Source of the DNA: a virus
Lineage: Duplodnaviria > Caudoviricetes
Length of the DNA: 64,000 nt
Virus record (IMG/VR): IMGVR_UViG_3300037067_016568
Location: 120,769 to 184,768 of that record
Strand: one strand, 5' to 3'
Of this stretch, positions 1 to 7,045 are shown piece after piece. Numbering within the stretch: the first letter of the stretch is position 1; the number at the start of each line of letters is the position of its first letter. The notes beneath the pieces were generated by a model. It searched no databases and was not told where the DNA came from. It worked only from the letters and a program-made list of their open reading frames with translations. A program made the translations under genes and the position numbers.

Positions 1-1
1 G

Positions 2-226
2 CTGGGTCAGAGCACGACGTACAAGGTGTTTGAGGCCATAATAAACGGCTAAATTAACGTCTGTCTTAGCCGGTTGTTTGCGTTTTGTGTTTTGATAATA
101 CTTCTTTGATACTGCTTCTGGTTTAACATACCTAGAAGCACGGTTGATCAACTCATATTGTGAATGCCATTCTCTGTCGGATAGGGCCTCCAACATCCAT
201 GCTTTCGTAATTGGGTTACTGCCCAT
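2..226 (-). CDS. hypothetical protein, partial (runs off window edge); possible winged-helix protein
   Basis: ATG at 226 directly follows the TAA of the upstream ORF (TAAATG). I translated the frame by hand and it is open to the window edge: MGSNPITKAWMLEALSDREWHSQYELINR... Not in the supplied ORF track. Confidence 0.6.
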   Translation of the reverse strand, partial: MGSNPITKAWMLEALSDREWHSQYELINRASRYVKPEAVSKKYYQNTKRKQPAKTDVNLAVYYGLKHLVRRALTQ

Positions 227-1264
227 TTATTTCCTCTTATGTTCAGCGTCCCAATTGCGGAATAGCGTTTCCATACATTTCCGGATATCTTTCCAGATCT
301 GACGTATTTGAGCTACGTCATGTTCGTCTTTAATACCAAGATCGCCAAAGTCCACGTAAGGCTCGCCGTTGGGACCACGCTTGAGAAACTGATGCAGGCT
401 GCCAAGCCCTGATCTGAACGCTGTGCGTTTCGGCCTCTTCTTGCGGCTTTTACCCGATCCGTACTCTTCAACCCATCTCTTTTTGTAGTCGACCAAAACT
501 TGCATAGCTGCAGGTTCTCCACCCCTCGCAAGCGCCTCAACCATTTGATCTGCGCAATTGCCTGCATCGGTGGCAGTTGGCCCGTATTGTGCAACCACCT
601 GGGCAAACTTAACCTTCAAAGGGCCGTTTTGCCGTATCTTCACGATTTCCTGCAAATGAGAATCGGTCAGATTGTCGACTCGAACATTGAACCCACGCAA
701 CTCATTCCGTTGAATGTCGTTAGCAAGTTCTCTTCTGATTTTCTCAGCCGACACACCAAACCATTTCGCCAACTCGGCGATAGGCTTGTTATATGTGTCA
801 ATCAGATACTTCACATGCAATATACGATGTGCTACGGACAACGATTTCTTGTCCGCGATACAATTGAAGCTACGTGCAATAAGATCACGTAGATACTTAT
901 CTTGCGTATCGACAAGATAGCATTCCATCTGAAAGTCGGGCGGCAGTTGATCTTTCAGATATAGATCGTTGATGAACGTTTCGAGACGGTGATTGCCGTC
1001 TGCGATAAGGTTTCCTTTCATGCCGGTTTCCGGCACCAAAGCAACAAGACGCTCGACTTGCAACGAATTCTCAATCTGTTCCGCCAGATTGAGAGCGTGA
1101 TCTCCGTCGACGAATGAATCGAACCTCGTCTGGAGTTCTCTCGTACCGGGAATATTGAGTTGAGAAATGCGTAACTTAACAACCGAAAAATCCACGCCAT
1201 GCGCCCTGAGACGCGACTCTGCCTGCTCGCTCCCAATCCACGTAATCTTAAGGTGTTTCGCCAT
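227..1264 (-). CDS. ParB/Srx N-terminal-domain protein with a probable HTH
   Basis: LIADGNHRL matches the ParB/sulfiredoxin IxDGxHR motif; a later HTH-like segment IAELAKWFGVSAEKIRREL. Confidence 0.65.
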   Translation of the reverse strand: MAKHLKITWIGSEQAESRLRAHGVDFSVVKLRISQLNIPGTRELQTRFDSFVDGDHALNLAEQIENSLQVERLVALVPETGMKGNLIADGNHRLETFINDLYLKDQLPPDFQMECYLVDTQDKYLRDLIARSFNCIADKKSLSVAHRILHVKYLIDTYNKPIAELAKWFGVSAEKIRRELANDIQRNELRGFNVRVDNLTDSHLQEIVKIRQNGPLKVKFAQVVAQYGPTATDAGNCADQMVEALARGGEPAAMQVLVDYKKRWVEEYGSGKSRKKRPKRTAFRSGLGSLHQFLKRGPNGEPYVDFGDLGIKDEHDVAQIRQIWKDIRKCMETLFRNWDAEHKRK

Positions 1265-1392
1265 AATAAAACCTCGGTTAGAGTGAAAACATATGGTTAT
1301 AGCACGATCAATCGTGCTAATTAACCGTCAATATTAACGTCCTCCACCCCCCGCCTATTTTACGGTTGTATAATACTAAATGTAGTTATATG

Positions 1393-1430
1393 GAAAGAGC
1401 CGGGCAGGGAATCCCATGTCCGGCTCTTTC
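1393..1430 (-). terminator. stem-loop downstream of rsr, putative intrinsic terminator
   Basis: Inverted repeat gaaagagccgg...ccggctctttc starting 6 nt after the rsr stop codon. Confidence 0.6.
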
Positions 1431-1436
1431 GACTAC

Positions 1437-2849
1437 CTATTGGAGGCTGACCTGCTCTAACGATGCTATAAATCTCAAAAAGTGTTCAGACCATCCGGCA
1501 ATCTCAGCCGTCCAAACGCCCTTGTAATTGATACCAAGTGCATGCGAGGACACATCAATCACGTAATTCCTTTTGCCGAATGGTTTTGGTTGCCGACGCT
1601 CCGGCCAATCACAATCTTGTGAATCGCTGAAAATGAGCAACCTGTCTGGCGTCTCCTCTTTTTTACTAATATGTTCACAAACTTGTCTGGTGAAAATACC
1701 ACCACCGCCCAAATGGTGCTTAAGGTTCAATATCTCGTCCGCCAGAGCAAAACCTCGAAGTGGTTTAACTTTTTGAGTATGATGCTCACGCGAATAGTCA
1801 TTGCCTGCCGTAGCATAAACGGAGATATGATCGCAACATTCTGCAGCTAAGACAGCCATGGCAGCGGCTGCATCCATTCTCGTGAATTCTGACTTATCGG
1901 AAAGTTGATTTCCCATTGAGCCGGAAACATCGATCACTAAAGTCGTGAAGCCAGGGAAACGCGGCCACGTCTTGGTGCATCGATACATCAAATCCTCGAT
2001 TTCTCGTGACCAGTCGGGAGCATACTTTCGAGCCTGCAAAAAATTTATCGGCAGTAGCATGTCTACCTTACAATTTTTGAAAGCTTTAGCGATTGCATCA
2101 CGAGACACACTTGCTTTCTGCATATTCCGCAGATTCCGCAGGAAAGCAAGTGCTGGAAGCCTCGACGACTCAATCAGTCGCTCCCACACCTTCCGCTTTT
2201 CATCTTCGCTTTTAGCTGCAGATAACCCAACTTCCCACGTATCTGGGACGGCAAGCTCATTGGCGATTAGCCGCTTATATAATCCTTCTCGATCTTTCGT
2301 CGGCTTCGCATGTGAGAGGAATAAAACGTCTCGTAGTTTTACATCTTTATCAAGTCGATTATATTTGGCAAGCTGGTATTCATCAAACTTGCCAAATGCC
2401 TGCGCGAGACCCTTTTTTACTTGTGCGGACAAAGTTTTCAAAACGTCGCCGCCTACCGTTTCGCCATTATCAGACCAATACAGGGCTAAAAACTCGGTCA
2501 TCTCGTCTGGTCTGTGACAGATCTTAGCAAGCGTATCGGCGACACCCGGCATCCCATGACGAGCCATTTCACGCACAAGCAATAGCGGGACGTGTCGCAG
2601 CTTCTGCTTAAAACGAGCCTCTATAGCCATTTCGCCAACACATGGAACCTTGGGCACCAGCGCCTTGATTTGCTCAACAATCAGTTCGCCATCACAATAT
2701 GCATTCTTTTCCCATAATAGGCATGACATAACAAGACGGCGCAGGGTAGCTTCGTCACTCTGCTTGGCGGCTCTTGGACCATGGCCACCAGCCAGTCTCT
2801 CATCAACATAAACATGCGATTTCTTCGTCTTTTTATTGATGGTTGCCAT
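1437..2849 (-). CDS. rsr: Ro60/Rsr ribonucleoprotein (TROVE domain + vWA domain)
   Basis: TROVE motifs ARFKQKLRHVPLLL, RPDEMTEFLA, KFDEYQLAKYNR, KLRDVLFLSHAKP, PDTWE and ALAFLRNLRNM; vWA MIDAS-type DVSGSM and IFSDSQ; Y-RNA-like genes lie adjacent. Confidence 0.93.
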   Translation of the reverse strand: MATINKKTKKSHVYVDERLAGGHGPRAAKQSDEATLRRLVMSCLLWEKNAYCDGELIVEQIKALVPKVPCVGEMAIEARFKQKLRHVPLLLVREMARHGMPGVADTLAKICHRPDEMTEFLALYWSDNGETVGGDVLKTLSAQVKKGLAQAFGKFDEYQLAKYNRLDKDVKLRDVLFLSHAKPTKDREGLYKRLIANELAVPDTWEVGLSAAKSEDEKRKVWERLIESSRLPALAFLRNLRNMQKASVSRDAIAKAFKNCKVDMLLPINFLQARKYAPDWSREIEDLMYRCTKTWPRFPGFTTLVIDVSGSMGNQLSDKSEFTRMDAAAAMAVLAAECCDHISVYATAGNDYSREHHTQKVKPLRGFALADEILNLKHHLGGGGIFTRQVCEHISKKEETPDRLLIFSDSQDCDWPERRQPKPFGKRNYVIDVSSHALGINYKGVWTAEIAGWSEHFLRFIASLEQVSLQ

Positions 2850-2895
2850 CTACGTTATCCTCCGTTACGCTACTGTAGTCCATTCAGAAGTATTC

Positions 2896-3286
2896 CCTGT
2901 AGTCCTGTAGTTAGCTGGGAACGAACGATATTCTCCATTGCGACCGGCTCAGCATCGTGTTGTCGCACTCCTGTAGTCCTGTAATCCTGGGAACGAACGC
3001 TATTCTCCATTTTGGAAACGGCCTAACTCGTCTATCGTTCCCTGTAGTCCTGTAGTTACCTGGGAACGAACGCTATTCTCCATTAGGGAAACACCTCAGT
3101 TGAACCACCTCACTCCTGTAGTCCTGTAATCCTGGGAACGAACGCTATTCTCATTTTCCTGCGCCAATGGCCTGCTAGACTTCTCCTGTAGTTACCTGGG
3201 AACGAACGCTATTCTCCATTCAGACGACCTTGATGACCGCCAAGCTTGACCCTGTAGTTACCTGGGAACGAACGCTATTCTCCATT
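2896..3286. CRISPR. cas-less CRISPR-like array: 6 repeats (36-nt core CCTGTAGTTACCTGGGAACGAACGCTATTCTCCATT) and 5 unique 29-30-nt spacers
   Basis: Repeats at 2896-2939, 2970-3011, 3041-3084, 3115-3155, 3185-3220 and 3251-3286. Spacers at 2940-2969 (30 nt), 3012-3040 (29), 3085-3114 (30), 3156-3184 (29) and 3221-3250 (30). The first four repeats carry an extra CCTGTAGT. No cas gene is recognisable in the window. Confidence 0.85.
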
Positions 3287-3325
3287 TCGCTGTCAGGTGG
3301 TTCCCATCACCCTATGTATCAAAAA

Positions 3326-3457
3326 TGCTGCGGGAACAAGCGAAACAGGCTAGTTTAGCGCTCTGCCAATTGAGCTACACGGACAAGCCGTGATTGGATT
3401 CGAACCAACAACCGCTCGATTTCAAGTCGAAGTAACCCATCTCTACACCACGCAGCA
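3326..3457 (-). ncRNA. yrlA: YrlA-like Y RNA 1 (permuted tRNA domain; anticodon-like loop TGA)
   Basis: Terminal stem TGCTGCG/CGCAGCA; conserved TGGTG...GGTTACTTCG and TGTTCC; T-arm GTTGG-TTCGAAT-CCAAT precedes a closed acceptor hairpin CACGG/CCGTG and the D-arm TAGCTCAATTGGCAGAGC; followed by TTTTT. Confidence 0.85.
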
Positions 3458-3463
3458 TATTGA

Positions 3464-3531
3464 GAGCCGGGAACAAACTTACACGGCTTTTTCTTCATGG
3501 ACCGAAGTAACCGTATAATCCACCACGGCTC
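3464..3531 (-). ncRNA. short Y RNA lacking the tRNA-like domain
   Basis: Terminal stem GAGCCG/CGGCTC with the same TGGTG, GGTTACTTCG and TGTTCC elements as the neighbouring Y RNAs, but only a short loop. Confidence 0.75.
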
Positions 3532-3534
3532 AAG

Positions 3535-3607
3535 TAGTGGGGGTCGGATTCGAACCGACGACCTGCAGGTTATGAGCCTGCCGAGCTACCAACTGCTCCA
3601 CCCCACA
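3535..3607 (-). tRNA. tRNA-Met (CAT), initiator-like
   Basis: Cloverleaf TGTGGGG TG GAGC AGTTGGTA GCTC G GCAGG CTCATAA CCTGC AGGTC GTCGG TTCGAAT CCGAC CCCCACT A; 1:72 mismatch and A11:U24 pair as in fMet tRNAs; no encoded CCA. Confidence 0.92.
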
Positions 3608-3610
3608 TCA

Positions 3611-3835
3611 TCAATTGTAAAGCTCCGGATACAAACCACGCAAAAAATCTGTGAATTGCACTAACCCACCATACTGATCCAGCAATCCAGATTTGCACGC
3701 TCGGTCTTGTATATCCTCTAAAACGAATCTGATCTGTGCGTCTGTAACTGGCCGACCATCTGGAAATAATGCTTCCAATCTTTCCAGACGTTGTTCAACT
3801 GTTAAATCCGCTGTCTTCATCGTTTTTACTTTCAA
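3611..3835 (-). CDS. small hypothetical protein inside the Y RNA cluster
   Basis: 74-aa ORF exactly filling the gap between Y RNA 3 and the tRNA. Confidence 0.6.
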   Translation of the reverse strand: MKVKTMKTADLTVEQRLERLEALFPDGRPVTDAQIRFVLEDIQDRACKSGLLDQYGGLVQFTDFLRGLYPELYN

Positions 3836-3836
3836 A

Positions 3837-3973
3837 TGCTGCGGGAACAGGCGAAACAGGTCAGTTTTAGCGCTCTACCAGCTGAGCTACGTCAGCCGTA
3901 GGCTGACGACTGGACTCGAACCAGCGACCTCTCGATTAGGAATCGAAGTAACCCATCTCTACACCACGCAGCA
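3837..3973 (-). ncRNA. yrlA: YrlA-like Y RNA 3 (anticodon-like loop CCT)
   Basis: Terminal stem TGCTGCG/CGCAGCA; TTCGA-TTCCTAA-TCGAG, AGGTC, T-arm GCTGG-TTCGAGT-CCAGT, acceptor hairpin CGTCAGCC-TAC-GGCTGACG, D-arm TAGCTCAGCTGGTAGAGC. Confidence 0.85.
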
Positions 3974-3983
3974 ATATCAAAAA

Positions 3984-4094
3984 TGCCGCAGGAATAAGCG
4001 AAGCAGGCTAGTGCTCCCGTGAGCGACGCCCCCATAAGGGAGGGGGCGATTGGAGTCGAACCAACGAAGTAACCCACTCCTTCGCCATGCGGCA
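3984..4094 (-). ncRNA. yrlA: YrlA-like Y RNA 4 (no anticodon arm, reduced D-arm)
   Basis: Terminal stem TGCCGCA/TGCGGCA; GGTTACTTC followed directly by T-arm GTTGG-TTCGACT-CCAAT, hairpin CGCCCCC/GGGGGCG and mini D-arm GCTC-ACGG-GAGC. Confidence 0.8.
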
Positions 4095-4110
4095 AGTTCA
4101 ATTGTCAAAA

Positions 4111-4248
4111 TGCTGCGGGAATAAGCGAAATAGGCAACGTTAGGTGCTCTGCCAACTGAGCTACACCAGCCGTAGGCTTAGTGACGGGACTCGAACCCGC
4201 GACCACCCGCTCCATAGGCGAAGTAACCCATCTCTGCGCCACGCAGCA
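4111..4248 (-). ncRNA. yrlA: YrlA-like Y RNA 5 (anticodon-like loop ATG)
   Basis: Terminal stem TGCTGCG/CGCAGCA; TTCGC-CTATGGA-GCGGG, TGGTC, T-arm GCGGG-TTCGAGT-CCCGT, closed acceptor hairpin, D-arm TAGCTCAGTTGGCAGAGC. Confidence 0.85.
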
Positions 4249-4253
4249 GTACT

Positions 4254-4311
4254 ATTTAAATACATGCGGCCAATCTTGTCAAGTACTATCATATGACGCC
4301 ACATGTGTCAA
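4254..4311 (-). promoter_or_regulatory. candidate tandem sigma70-like promoters for the Y RNA/array/rsr unit
   Basis: Two perfect TTGACA boxes on the minus strand (4311-4306, 4282-4277) just upstream of Y RNA 5; the -10 elements at 17-nt spacing (TAGTAC, TTAAAT) are imperfect. Confidence 0.4.
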
Positions 4312-4339
4312 AAGTATCCAACCTTTTCCGGCAATAATT

Positions 4340-4822
4340 TTATTTCTCCCAATCGAGTCCTATCCGGTCGTCTATAGATATATCTGGGTCATTTAAAGTC
4401 CTGACCCAATTATCGATGTAAAGATTGTGGTCATCACATTCTTCACATTCGTTCATACGATATCTCTTATGCTTAAAAGGCATACCTCTCTTAGCATCGA
4501 TCGCAGCTTGCCAACATTTCCAGAATATTTTCCAGTCCTCTGGTAGCTCGCTCTCACACCAAGACTGAAAATTATCCCAACAATATTCTTCTTTATGAGT
4601 TCTAGTCCTTTTAATCTTGGTACGTGGGTGTGCCTTGTAGGTTTCAGAATAATATAGATAGCGAGTAACGTATATCGACGATTTTAAACCAAGCTTATGG
4701 ATTCTGCGAGCTACAGCTATACGTATTCTCAATGGGAGTTTCTTAAATCGTCTCACCCATTGAGCATTTATATTGCCTCTTTTATTTAAATAAGTCGCAA
4801 CTATTTCGTCTACAAACTGCAT
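4340..4822 (-). CDS. hypothetical protein (basic)
   Basis: 160-aa ORF with GAGG upstream, co-oriented with its neighbours. Confidence 0.6.
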   Translation of the reverse strand: MQFVDEIVATYLNKRGNINAQWVRRFKKLPLRIRIAVARRIHKLGLKSSIYVTRYLYYSETYKAHPRTKIKRTRTHKEEYCWDNFQSWCESELPEDWKIFWKCWQAAIDAKRGMPFKHKRYRMNECEECDDHNLYIDNWVRTLNDPDISIDDRIGLDWEK

Positions 4823-4856
4823 ATACCTCAGATACAGCGAACTCGTTCATCATTTT

Positions 4857-6383
4857 TTATTTTCGTATGAGTTCTCTGGCAGTTTCAACAAACGGTGCAT
4901 CAGCAGGGCCACGCAAATGCGGTCCATGCCAGAATTTCTTGATTGTAATATTAGCAATCGGCCCAACTTGTAAGCCACATTTTCTGCATGGACAACCAAT
5001 AAGATCATGCCGGTGAGTATCACCACATTCCTTACAGTAAATCCATTTATGAAACGTGCCTGGAATCGAAATTTGATATTCCAAGGTATTATGATTACCG
5101 GCCATGCCGCCATATCGCGTAGTCTTACCTTCAACCTTGACGATACGATATTCACGCCTAATAAGCTTTACCCTGCTACGTAAATGCTTTGGCCTGTTGC
5201 TGGCTGAGCAATTTATCTGTCCACGATGACGAACTTCGTAATCGATGTTACGACAAGTTGCGAAATCCCAAATATTTCGAGATTTCATGAGAATAGCTGC
5301 TCTCTCGTCATTAGACATCTGGTTACACCATCTAACAACTTCTGGCACATTTGACGTCACATAAAGCTTACCAGCCATTGTGAACATCACGACCGTAACG
5401 CCGGTAAATGGCGGAACAACCGGCTTTGATATGTCCGCTTTAAACCACTTGCTATCGGGTATATCTAGATCATGAAACCAGCAAACGCCGCGATAGTCAC
5501 CCTGTTTGACCATGCCGACAGCAATAGCGTCGACGCCTCGAACTAATGTGACAGGCTTATCAAATTCAATAAACGTTCTATTGAATGGCAAGTATTGTAG
5601 ATCTGCCATTAACAACGTTTCATTCTTGCTGCATAATATATCATTTGCAAGCGACGAATCCAGCAACATTAATTCTGTCTCATCAGAGCAGATCAAATCA
5701 CAAGCGCACACTTTCGACAACTGCTCAGCATACTTTGTGGCATGACAATGTAACGCATATTCAACTGAGCAGTTAGCCACGACATTCACCGTCTTCGCAC
5801 CCTTATCGACGGTGCGAAGCGTATCAAGCTCCGCGACGTAAGGGCGTTCAACCCATGGCGATAGATCTGGTAAAGAGTCCGCAGATATCAAGGCATCAGC
5901 GAGAGGCACAGCCTTGATTTTTGCGTCTTTTATGCCCATAGAGTTGAAACACTCAGTTATAACCTTGCTGTTAAATTCTGCAGACCGATCGCTCAGATCT
6001 GGCCACAATTTTCTGACTTTGCAATAAGCCTTGAAGGCAATATCAACTGGAAAATCACGTTTGACCCTCGGAATCGGAATCGTCGACGTGAATAGCGGTG
6101 GATCACAATCGAGATAAGAAAACAACATCTTGCCATGAGCATTACCAGGCTTTTGTAATTTGTTAATCAAAAACCTTTCGTCAGTGCCGAGACCAGCTAA
6201 CTGCAGTGAATATTCAACTTCGAACTTATATGAGAACGCCAATTGCGCGGAAGTATCCTCAATATGTGATCTTAGGCGATCGTAAGCATGTTCAAGTGAC
6301 CCAAATCCTCTTTTTGCTTTGAATTGTTGCTCGTCGAACCAGAGCAAACCCTTCTCGGCTCTGTCACATAGGTCTTTATTCAT
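4857..6383 (-). CDS. hypothetical phage protein with a C-terminal Zn ribbon
   Basis: 508-aa ORF; the C-terminus has CKEC...CRKC and ends KFWHGPHLRGPADAP. Confidence 0.7.
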   Translation of the reverse strand: MNKDLCDRAEKGLLWFDEQQFKAKRGFGSLEHAYDRLRSHIEDTSAQLAFSYKFEVEYSLQLAGLGTDERFLINKLQKPGNAHGKMLFSYLDCDPPLFTSTIPIPRVKRDFPVDIAFKAYCKVRKLWPDLSDRSAEFNSKVITECFNSMGIKDAKIKAVPLADALISADSLPDLSPWVERPYVAELDTLRTVDKGAKTVNVVANCSVEYALHCHATKYAEQLSKVCACDLICSDETELMLLDSSLANDILCSKNETLLMADLQYLPFNRTFIEFDKPVTLVRGVDAIAVGMVKQGDYRGVCWFHDLDIPDSKWFKADISKPVVPPFTGVTVVMFTMAGKLYVTSNVPEVVRWCNQMSNDERAAILMKSRNIWDFATCRNIDYEVRHRGQINCSASNRPKHLRSRVKLIRREYRIVKVEGKTTRYGGMAGNHNTLEYQISIPGTFHKWIYCKECGDTHRHDLIGCPCRKCGLQVGPIANITIKKFWHGPHLRGPADAPFVETARELIRK

Positions 6384-6437
6384 ATTTCGGCCTGTTACAG
6401 ATTAAATCAATAAAAACAACAAGTAGGTCAACATAAA

Positions 6438-6992
6438 TCATTGCTCGCCCTCGTCATGCGGGTCTAACTCACACACACCGCCCAAAATTTGTGTCGATCT
6501 GGCTTTTCTGCCAATATGCTCGGTCCATTTTCTCGATAAGCTACGGTCATCTACCGTCCCATCATCTTCTTTAGCATTGAGACAACGTTCACAACGACCA
6601 TCATCAGTTATAGGCGGTCTCTCCCAACAAAATCGACACAATTCATATTTTGGTTTCTTCGGCTTCTTTGGCTCTTCTTCTTTGTGTCGCTTCTTGCTTT
6701 TTGTCTTCTTTTGCCTATTTTCTTCTAATTTCTGTATCCTTGATTCTCCCCACTCTGGCGGATCGTCTGTCTCAAACACATGCCGAAACTCGCTAGTAGT
6801 TAGGACATTCTCAAGCTCTGAACGGTACGAAACGGGAACAGAAAGATTATAATTTTCTTCGAACATCGTCAGCATAAGATGTTCGTCCAGGTAGACATTG
6901 GCATAATGTCTTACGTGATTAAGATTATAGCCAAAGCTTCTAACTATTTCGCTAGCCCATTCTTTGTTTATGCGGACCCGCAGCCATTGCAT
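6438..6992 (-). CDS. hypothetical protein with a CxxC...CxxC finger
   Basis: 184 aa; CRFC...CERC. Confidence 0.6.
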   Translation of the reverse strand: MQWLRVRINKEWASEIVRSFGYNLNHVRHYANVYLDEHLMLTMFEENYNLSVPVSYRSELENVLTTSEFRHVFETDDPPEWGESRIQKLEENRQKKTKSKKRHKEEEPKKPKKPKYELCRFCWERPPITDDGRCERCLNAKEDDGTVDDRSLSRKWTEHIGRKARSTQILGGVCELDPHDEGEQ

Positions 6993-7045
6993 GACATATT
7001 ACCCTGATCTATTCCTCGCACCCTCATTTATTTCTTTTTGTTTTG

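Noticed and set aside
2781-2984. Plus-strand 67-aa ORF across the rsr start and the array
   Set aside because: It is antisense to rsr and runs through repeats; spurious.
2940-3250. Short resemblances of spacers to rRNA segments recalled from memory (e.g. tcagc-a-tcgtgttgt in spacer 1, agggaaaca.c.cag in spacer 3, gaccgc-c-aag.ttga in spacer 5); tempting because Rsr acts on rRNA
   Set aside because: The matches are only ~12-14 nt with gaps or mismatches, around chance level for several kb of rRNA, and rely on recall. An alignment to the host rRNA with shuffled controls is needed.
2940-3250. Self-targeting of spacers within the window
   Set aside because: I noticed no protospacer by eye; not exhaustively searched.
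3326-4248. Calling the tRNA-like elements ordinary tRNAs or tRNA pseudogenes
   Set aside because: The T-arm precedes the D-arm, the acceptor stem is closed by a loop, and each is enclosed by a conserved long terminal stem next to rsr, which fits YrlA-type Y RNAs.
3693-4396. ORFs 3693-4022 (+), 3892-4101 (-) and 4181-4396 (+)
   Set aside because: They overlap structured ncRNA genes and have no coding signature.
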